DNA from: Planctomycetales bacterium
Lineage (GTDB): Bacteria > 4484-113
Reading direction: 5' to 3'
Length of the DNA stretch: 64,000 bases
NCBI GenBank assembly: GCA_037441675.1
Contig: JBBIRS010000008.1
Span: 1-64,000 of the forward strand
Positions within the stretch are counted from its first letter, which is position 1, and each line of letters opens with the position of its first letter. Both the position numbers and the translations under genes were made by a program. This document shows, piece after piece, positions 57,387-64,000 of the stretch. The notes below the pieces were generated by a model. That model was given only the letters and a program-made list of their open reading frames with translations, made no database searches and was not told the origin of the DNA.

Positions 57387-58909
57387 TGAAAAAAGAGTTA
57401 ATCAAAAAAGTAGCTAGGGTTTGTGCATTTTCTCTTGCGTTAATTCTTTATGGCGGTTTTGCGTCCTGTGGTGGGGGCGGTGGAACAGGATTTGCACCCA
57501 GCCCCTCACAGGAACAATTTTCTCCTTCGCCAACAAAACCAAAGGGCGATGGCATTAACTTGCGGGCAATTGTAATCAAAAGATCGCATGGCTTGCCGAC
57601 CGGTGTTAGAGTATCTTGGGATAGAGTCACTGATTCCCGCGCCATTGGCTATTACTTGTATCGCGATGATGAGAGTATTCCTGATGGCAATCCGGAAGGC
57701 TACGAGAACCTTAGGGTTAACAATGGCGAGATGATTGACCAACCCGATTCCGGTGACACGGTAACTTTTGACGATGAATTTGACCCTCAGGTTGGAACAA
57801 CTTGGTACTATCGCCTTACTGTTGTCAATGACACTAACGATGAGAGTGACTTCTCCAATCAAATATCAATCACAATTGCTGACTTTAGCTTTGACAGCTT
57901 TGACCCATCTGAAGGAACGGTGAATGATGCAGTGACACTTTATGGAACGAACTTTGGCATTTACGATAGTGGGACAGATCATGTCTACTTCACTGGAACA
58001 AGTGATTGGGTCGAAGCTAGTATCACAAGTTGGAACCAAACACAAATTGAGGTTGAGGTCCCAGTTGGCGCAATTACTGGACCCATGCGTGTTAAGATTT
58101 CCGATACTGCAGTTGATTCTAGCGATGATTTTACTGTGCTTGCGCCTGTTCTAGATAGCGTAAGTCCAACTCAGGACTATGCTGAGAATCTTGACATTAC
58201 ACTTAGCGGTTCACGATTTGAGGACACACAAGGAACAAGCATAGTTACCTTTAACGGTGTTGAGGTTGATACTTATGTTGCCTGGTCAGACACACAGATA
58301 GTGGTTAAAGTGCCAACTGACGCAACTACTGGACCTATAAAGGTAAAGGTCGGAGCTAACGAGAGCAATGGAATAGACTTCACGGTACTTCCGCACATCA
58401 ATTCACTCACTCCGAACAGTGGGCAAGTGGATGATGAGATTACCATTGACGGAACAGGTTTTGGCGCAACTCAAGGCACGGTGAAGTTCAACGGAGTTTC
58501 CGCAACTGTTGTGAGCTGGGGCAATTTACAGATTGTAGCCAAGGTTCCTGAGACCACTAGTGGTGATGTCTTGGTTACCTCTGGCGGAAATGATAGCAAT
58601 GGCGTTGCATTTACGGTAATTCCAAACATCACAAGTTTCTCTCCGAGCAGAAGCTGGGCTGGCGAAGAGGTTACAATTAACGGAACTGGCTTTGGTTCAA
58701 CGCAAGGTTCAAGCAAAGTCTACTTTTATAACAATGTGGAAGCGGCTTCTTATGTGTCATGGAGCGCAAATCAGATTGTCGTTACGGTACCTACATCCGC
58801 TGATACGGGTAAAATCACAATTGAAGTTGGAGGGCAAACCGATAACTCTGATAGTGATATTCTAATTGTACTTCCACCTCCGAACCTTATTGATCTAAGC
58901 CAGTACTAA
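57386..58909 (+). CDS. Lipoprotein with FN3-like domain and four IPT/TIG repeats
   Basis: Lipobox FASCGGGG; repeated ..P....VTI.GT.FG..QG..V.F....SW...QI.V.VP. Confidence 0.88.
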   Translation: MKKELIKKVARVCAFSLALILYGGFASCGGGGGTGFAPSPSQEQFSPSPTKPKGDGINLRAIVIKRSHGLPTGVRVSWDRVTDSRAIGYYLYRDDESIPDGNPEGYENLRVNNGEMIDQPDSGDTVTFDDEFDPQVGTTWYYRLTVVNDTNDESDFSNQISITIADFSFDSFDPSEGTVNDAVTLYGTNFGIYDSGTDHVYFTGTSDWVEASITSWNQTQIEVEVPVGAITGPMRVKISDTAVDSSDDFTVLAPVLDSVSPTQDYAENLDITLSGSRFEDTQGTSIVTFNGVEVDTYVAWSDTQIVVKVPTDATTGPIKVKVGANESNGIDFTVLPHINSLTPNSGQVDDEITIDGTGFGATQGTVKFNGVSATVVSWGNLQIVAKVPETTSGDVLVTSGGNDSNGVAFTVIPNITSFSPSRSWAGEEVTINGTGFGSTQGSSKVYFYNNVEAASYVSWSANQIVVTVPTSADTGKITIEVGGQTDNSDSDILIVLPPPNLIDLSQY

Positions 58910-59074
58910 ATTTTAAGTTAAGCTCCCTATGGGTTTCTCTTAGCAAGGGCTAGCGTTTACTCTTGTAAAGTGTTTTCACTCCAAGAATATGTGTGGAACT
59001 TGGGATGTGTGTGTGTTTGCGAGAATTCACCCCATTATAAGCTGATTTTGTGTATAAAAGCCACAACTACCTAA

Positions 59075-59746
59075 CTATTCACCAGCCATCTTCTCAAGCT
59101 TAGACCTCATTAAAATTCTGACACGCTTCCCATCAAGCTCAATTATCCCCTCACGGCTTAGGCGGGACAGATTCCTTGAAACTAGCTCCCTAACCGTAGC
59201 GATCCTGCTGGCAATCTCGCTGTTTGTATGTGGTATCTCAAATTCATCCTTTCCGTTAGATACATTCAACAAGTATCTGGCGAGCCTCTGAGGTATTTCT
59301 AAAAAGCTTATTTCTTCAACCAGCATGACCAAATGCCTGAGCCTAAGAGAGATATTCCGAATAATACTAATCGCCAACTCGGGATATCTCATTAGGACTT
59401 TTTCAAAATGAGCTTTGGGAACAAGTAAGAGAGTAGTATATTGAAGGGCAACAGCGCTAGCGGGATAAGGCAGAGCGTCAAGGAGTGGAAGTTCCGCCAC
59501 CATGCCAACAGGCTTTTCAATCGCTAGAATCTGCTCCCTTCCCTCCGCACTATACTTGTATATCTTAACCTCCCCTTCAGCAACAACGAACATTCCTACA
59601 GGTTTCTCACCTTCTAGAAAAATGTCCTTACCCTTTTCATATTTTATAAAGGTGCTTCCTCGGGCTAGCTCAGTGATAATCTCATACTTCAAACCTGAGA
59701 AAAAGGGCAACTTACTTAGAAGCTCTAATTTTCGCTTAAGCTCCAT
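59075..59746 (-). CDS. Crp/Fnr family transcriptional regulator
   Basis: IFLEGE, GEVKIYK..EGREQIL, YPASA; C-terminal HTH ATVRELVSRNL. Confidence 0.93.
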   Translation of the reverse strand: MELKRKLELLSKLPFFSGLKYEIITELARGSTFIKYEKGKDIFLEGEKPVGMFVVAEGEVKIYKYSAEGREQILAIEKPVGMVAELPLLDALPYPASAVALQYTTLLLVPKAHFEKVLMRYPELAISIIRNISLRLRHLVMLVEEISFLEIPQRLARYLLNVSNGKDEFEIPHTNSEIASRIATVRELVSRNLSRLSREGIIELDGKRVRILMRSKLEKMAGE

Positions 59747-60078
59747 CTATAGACAAGTTGCAACCATTATACCTTGAGAAGGATAACTTAATAAAATTTG
59801 ATTAGAAAAGCTCTAGGAAAGCTATAAGAGGGTGAGTAACAAAAATTATTTTGTGAATTGATAACACCTGATGAAAAATCAATAATAATCGCTCTTCCGA
59901 TGCTTATGCTTCTAGCCACTTATGAAAATGAGCCGGATAGAATTCTGCCTAAGTGGAACACAATGTAGTTGCGATTATAGACGCGCCCTTCTACGCTCTA
60001 AATCGCCATCAGTATCTGCTTACGCAGGAATAAATGATGCGGGTTTTGAATTGAGAGTATGAGTTTCTTGATTAACCT

Positions 60079-60321
60079 CTACTCTTCCCCAGGAATTGCT
60101 TCTTCATCTTCTTCCTCTTCGCCACCCGTAGATGTGGCAGAGGGAGTGGTTGGAGAACTAGTACCACCCGGAGCTGGTTGAGCTGACTCTGTTGGCTTGG
60201 GCGGAGCCGTTTTGCCTGCTGGGTTAACTTCAGGGCTATAGTCCTTTGGGCAAGCAGTCATAAACATTACCAGCAAAACTCCAGCAACTAAACTGAAAAC
60301 CATTTTGAGTATAGCTTTCAT
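60079..60321 (-). CDS. Small disordered lipoprotein (Pro/Thr/Ser-rich, acidic tail)
   Basis: GGAGG RBS; signal peptide with MTAC lipobox. Confidence 0.7.
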   Translation of the reverse strand: MKAILKMVFSLVAGVLLVMFMTACPKDYSPEVNPAGKTAPPKPTESAQPAPGGTSSPTTPSATSTGGEEEEDEEAIPGEE

Positions 60322-60561
60322 ATTAAACATACCCTCCAATGTAAAAGTATTTTATCAACTTTTTTTGGATTTAGTCAAATTGAACTCCACTTAGAACAAA
60401 TAACGCAGGCTTTTCGCTTTCATGGCGTATTTATAAAATGGAACGCTTCGTTTAATAGCAATTGCGCTAGTGAAGACATTGAAAGTGTAAAATTGCCAGT
60501 CGCCGAAGAAAACAGAAAGAAAGGTTCTTAGATCATTATCTATTATCACAATGAGCGTTAC

Positions 60562-62760
60562 TTAAAATCTATCCTTTCGTGTCCTGTGAGGTGCTTTCTT
60601 GAAATCGTTTTCTCTCCTCGCTTGTTTTGTGGTTCGCTCTGGATAATGCCTACCCTCTCTTGGTTTAGTGTATTCTAAATCTTCCCTCACAAGATTAATT
60701 TTGCCTGCTGAATCAATCTCCTTAACACGGACTAAGACTCTATCTCCAATTTTAAGGTAGTCCTCCACTCGGGAGATACGATGATTTGCGATGTTAGAAA
60801 TATGAAGCAAGCCGTCCCTGCCTGGGACTAATTCAATAAAGGCGCCAAACGGAACCAGGCTAACCACCGTGCCTTCAAAGACCATATCAAGTTCAATTTC
60901 CTGAGTCATCGTCTTAATAATCTCATGAGCTTTGTAAACGCCACGCTTGTCGTATCCCGAAATGTAAACGGTGCCATTCTCATCTATGTCTATACTTGCG
61001 CCGGTGTCGCTCTGAATCTTCTTCACGTGCCTTCCCGCTGGTCCAATAAGCTGCCCTATCTTATCAACGGGTATCTGAAGCGTTAACAATGTTGGGGCAA
61101 ACTCAGAGAGAGATTCTCTTGGTCGGCTAATAACTTTGTTCATTTGGCTTAGTATGAATAGACGAGCTTCCTTGGCTTTTGCTAATGACTCCTCAATGAT
61201 TTTTAGCGGTAATCCTTCAATCTTTGTGTCTAGCTGAATAGCTGTAATTCCTACCTCCGTGCCTGCTATCTTAAAATCCATATCCCCATAGTGATCCTCA
61301 AAGCCCGAGAGGTCAGTTAAAAGAACGTACCTTTCATCGCTTTCATAGAGCAAGCCAATAGACACACCCCCAACAGCTCGAGCAATAGGTACACCGGAAT
61401 CCATCAATGCCATACTGCTAGCACAGGTGCTTGCCATAGAAGAACTGGCATTACTTTCGGTAACCTCACTAACCACGCGAATGGAGTATGGGAAAGTATT
61501 CTCAGGGGGAATTAGAGCTTCTAACGCCTTTTCAACCAACGCACCGTGACCTATCTCTCGCCGACCTGGCCCTCTAATACTTCTTACTTCTCCAACTGAG
61601 TAAGGTGGAAAATTGTAGTGATGAACGAATCTCTTCTCAATCTCCACATTGGCGGTATCAATTTTCTGCCTATCTGCAAATGTCCCAAGGGTAACGCAGG
61701 AAACTATCTGTGTCTGCCCGCGAGTGAAAGCTGCGCTTCCATGAACGCGAGGAAGCAACCCTACTCTTCCTGATATTTCCCTCACAGTATCAACATCTCT
61801 TCCGTCAACGCGGATGTTATTCTCAAAGACAAAATTTCGGTAGAAAACCTTTATAATAGTCTTATCCAGCTCTGCCTCAATTTCTCTGAGAGGCAGATCT
61901 GGAAACTCTAAAAGGATCATTTCCGCAACTTCTTTCTTTATTTTGCGAAGGCTATCGTAGAGATCAAGCTTGCTAGTTGAGGGAAACAACGGGGCAATTC
62001 GCGGTAAGAGAAGCTCTTTTGCCTTTTGTTCAAGTTCACTCTTCTGCTCTATGTTGGGTGGAAAAATCTTTTCTTTTCTCCAAGAAACCTTATCCACAAA
62101 AGCTGAAATTTCCTTGGTTATACGGTCAATTTCTCCTTGGGCTAGCTTAATGCATTCAAGAATGTCACTTTCCGATGCTTCTTTGCATTGGCTTTCAATC
62201 ATATTGACGTAACGAGATGTACCACCAACGAGTATGTCAATCGTTGATTCTTGAAGCTGGGGATAAGTGGGGCTAAGAATGAATTCTCCATGCATTTGGG
62301 CAACTCTAATTGCAGCCACTGGAATGTCAAAAGGAATATCGGATAGAGCAAGCGCGGCGGATGCGCCAATAATTGAAAGGGCATCAGGCGGGTTCAGCTG
62401 GTCAACCGAGAGAGCAGTCGCGACAACTTGGACCTCATTTCTAAGCCATGACGGAAAGAGAGGTCTAATGGTGCGGTCAATTTTCCTTGCGTTTAGAATT
62501 GCTTCATCGCTTGGCCTACCCTCTCTCTTGAAAAAGCCACCGGGGAATTTGCCTGCCGCGTACATCCGTTCTTCAAAATCCACCAAAAGCGGAAAGAAAT
62601 CAGTATCTTCGCGGGGTTCCTTTGCCATTGTGGCAGTCACAAGAATAGCAACACCACGATATAGCACTAGACAAGAACCACCTGCTTGCCTGGCAAATTC
62701 TCCAGTTTCAAGTGTTAGCGTATGATCGCCATATTTGAACTCGTGTGTAACTTTTCCCAT
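60562..62760 (-). CDS. pnp: Polyribonucleotide nucleotidyltransferase (PNPase)
   Basis: FFPLLVDFEE, RVDGR, HYNFPP, RREIGHG, GDMDFK; KH and S1 domains. Confidence 0.98.
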   Translation of the reverse strand: MGKVTHEFKYGDHTLTLETGEFARQAGGSCLVLYRGVAILVTATMAKEPREDTDFFPLLVDFEERMYAAGKFPGGFFKREGRPSDEAILNARKIDRTIRPLFPSWLRNEVQVVATALSVDQLNPPDALSIIGASAALALSDIPFDIPVAAIRVAQMHGEFILSPTYPQLQESTIDILVGGTSRYVNMIESQCKEASESDILECIKLAQGEIDRITKEISAFVDKVSWRKEKIFPPNIEQKSELEQKAKELLLPRIAPLFPSTSKLDLYDSLRKIKKEVAEMILLEFPDLPLREIEAELDKTIIKVFYRNFVFENNIRVDGRDVDTVREISGRVGLLPRVHGSAAFTRGQTQIVSCVTLGTFADRQKIDTANVEIEKRFVHHYNFPPYSVGEVRSIRGPGRREIGHGALVEKALEALIPPENTFPYSIRVVSEVTESNASSSMASTCASSMALMDSGVPIARAVGGVSIGLLYESDERYVLLTDLSGFEDHYGDMDFKIAGTEVGITAIQLDTKIEGLPLKIIEESLAKAKEARLFILSQMNKVISRPRESLSEFAPTLLTLQIPVDKIGQLIGPAGRHVKKIQSDTGASIDIDENGTVYISGYDKRGVYKAHEIIKTMTQEIELDMVFEGTVVSLVPFGAFIELVPGRDGLLHISNIANHRISRVEDYLKIGDRVLVRVKEIDSAGKINLVREDLEYTKPREGRHYPERTTKQARRENDFKKAPHRTRKDRF

Positions 62761-62778
62761 TGAAGCCTTCTCTTTCTC

Positions 62779-63045
62779 CTATCTACGCAATCCTAGTTTC
62801 CCTATCAAATCAAGGTAGGCTGCGTAATCAGTTTTCTTTAAGTAGTTTAGAAGCTTACGTCGTTTCCCAACCATCAATAAGAGTCCACGTCTAGAATGGT
62901 AATCTTTTTTGTGAACCTTAAGATGCTCATTGAGCTGTTTTATTCGCTCAGTTAGCAGAGCAATCTGCACCTCAGTTGACCCTGTGTCAGCTTCGTGCCT
63001 TCTAAATTGCTCTATCACTTGAGATTTTTCCCGCACATCAAACAT
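62779..63045 (-). CDS. rpsO: 30S ribosomal protein S15
   Basis: [24 protein letters not shown]; upstream of pnp. Confidence 0.98.
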   Translation of the reverse strand: MFDVREKSQVIEQFRRHEADTGSTEVQIALLTERIKQLNEHLKVHKKDYHSRRGLLLMVGKRRKLLNYLKKTDYAAYLDLIGKLGLRR

Positions 63046-63216
63046 TCAGCTTTAATTTTAATCCCTTAATTAAAATAATTGTATATTATATCAGATAGTT
63101 AGCAAATGTTCCGACCAGCTCGCCGAGAGGGCATCTTATTTCATACCATACTTTTCCAAAATTAAAACGGTTAAAAAAGTAAAAAAATCCAAAACATTAT
63201 AAATAAAACAAAAAGA

Positions 63217-64000
63217 TTATGCGGAAACTTTCTTAACACTCGGCGTTAATCGTGCCTGCATTTGGTTTTTAATCAATTCTACTAGAAAATTAAGTCCCTT
63301 GCCCGATTTTGCGCTTACGAAAATACTATTCGGATACTTTTCGCTTAACAGGTCAATGTACTTAGTATCCTGCAAGAGATCAATCTTGTTAAAAACGATA
63401 TAGATTGGAATGTCAGATAAGCCAAACTGCTGCAAAATCTTTAACACGCTTGCTATCATAAAGTCCACGTTTTCACGGGAGACGTCCGCTACTAAAAGCA
63501 ATAGATCATTCTCCTCTAGCTCTTCCAGAGTTGCGCGAAATGCTGAGAATAGTTCTTCAGGTAGGTCATTAAGAAAACCGACAGTATCCTTAATGAGCCC
63601 CTTGCGCCCATCGCCAAGATAAATAATCCTTGCTGTTGGATCTAAGGTTGTGAAATATCTATCATCCACATCTACATTGCTTTTAGTGAGAGCATTTAAC
63701 AAAGAAGACTTGCCTGCGTTTGTGTAACCCACGAGTGAGACAGAGAAAATTTCCGTTTTGCTTCGCCTCTTTCGTTTCAACTTACGTACAAGAGTTGCTT
63801 TCCCAATTTTTCTTTCAAGAACCTTTATCCTACGTCTTATCTGGTCGCGGGTAAGGGAGGTGAGTTTTTCGCCCGCCCCACCTCGCGTTCCTACATCACC
63901 ACCAGGAGAACTTAGCTCTTTGCCTATGCCAGTTATCCTAGACAAGGAGTACTTCAAGGTGGCAAGCTCGACTTGAAGTTTACCCTCAGCAGTTGAAGCA
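63217..64000 (-). CDS. hflX: GTPase HflX (5' part outside the window)
   Basis: KLQVELA, VGYTNAGKS, DTVGF, FRATLEE, NKID, SAK. Confidence 0.95.
   Translation of the reverse strand, partial: ASTAEGKLQVELATLKYSLSRITGIGKELSSPGGDVGTRGGAGEKLTSLTRDQIRRRIKVLERKIGKATLVRKLKRKRRSKTEIFSVSLVGYTNAGKSSLLNALTKSNVDVDDRYFTTLDPTARIIYLGDGRKGLIKDTVGFLNDLPEELFSAFRATLEELEENDLLLLVADVSRENVDFMIASVLKILQQFGLSDIPIYIVFNKIDLLQDTKYIDLLSEKYPNSIFVSAKSGKGLNFLVELIKNQMQARLTPSVKKVSA

Noticed and set aside
5381..63976. Numerous 60-190 aa antisense or alternate-frame ORFs nested in long genes
   Set aside because: Shadow ORFs with no motifs or RBS, fully overlapping well-supported genes

Overview
Bacterial chromosomal window from an unidentified lineage. 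Many lipoproteins and an LptA-like gene suggest a diderm envelope, alongside Rex and ClpC. Housekeeping content: yjbQ, ribH, hslV, ilvE, clpC, ftsZ, rex, fmt, ispH, pnp, rpsO, hflX (partial) and four tRNAs (Ser-TGA, Asp-GTC, Ala-CGC, Leu-TAG). A 13.5-kb aerobic respiration cluster encodes ctaA/ctaB, an A2-type caa3 oxidase, SCO and an alternative complex III (ACIII) with no actB between actA and actC. A set of large secreted or lipoprotein Ig-rich proteins carries cohesin-like and dockerin-like modules (S8 and M6 proteases, a TIGR03790-like protein), some of them decaying. Between convergent tRNA-Ser and tRNA-Asp lies a 5'-truncated MboII-like restriction endonuclease gene with no methyltransferase, bracketed by a 33-bp inverted repeat (31/33 identical) that starts in each tRNA's 3' end. 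GTAG-type REP-like mosaics and a candidate sRNA are also present. No CRISPR array, rRNA, or intact transposase/integrase was seen. Family assignments come from motif recognition by eye, not database searches.
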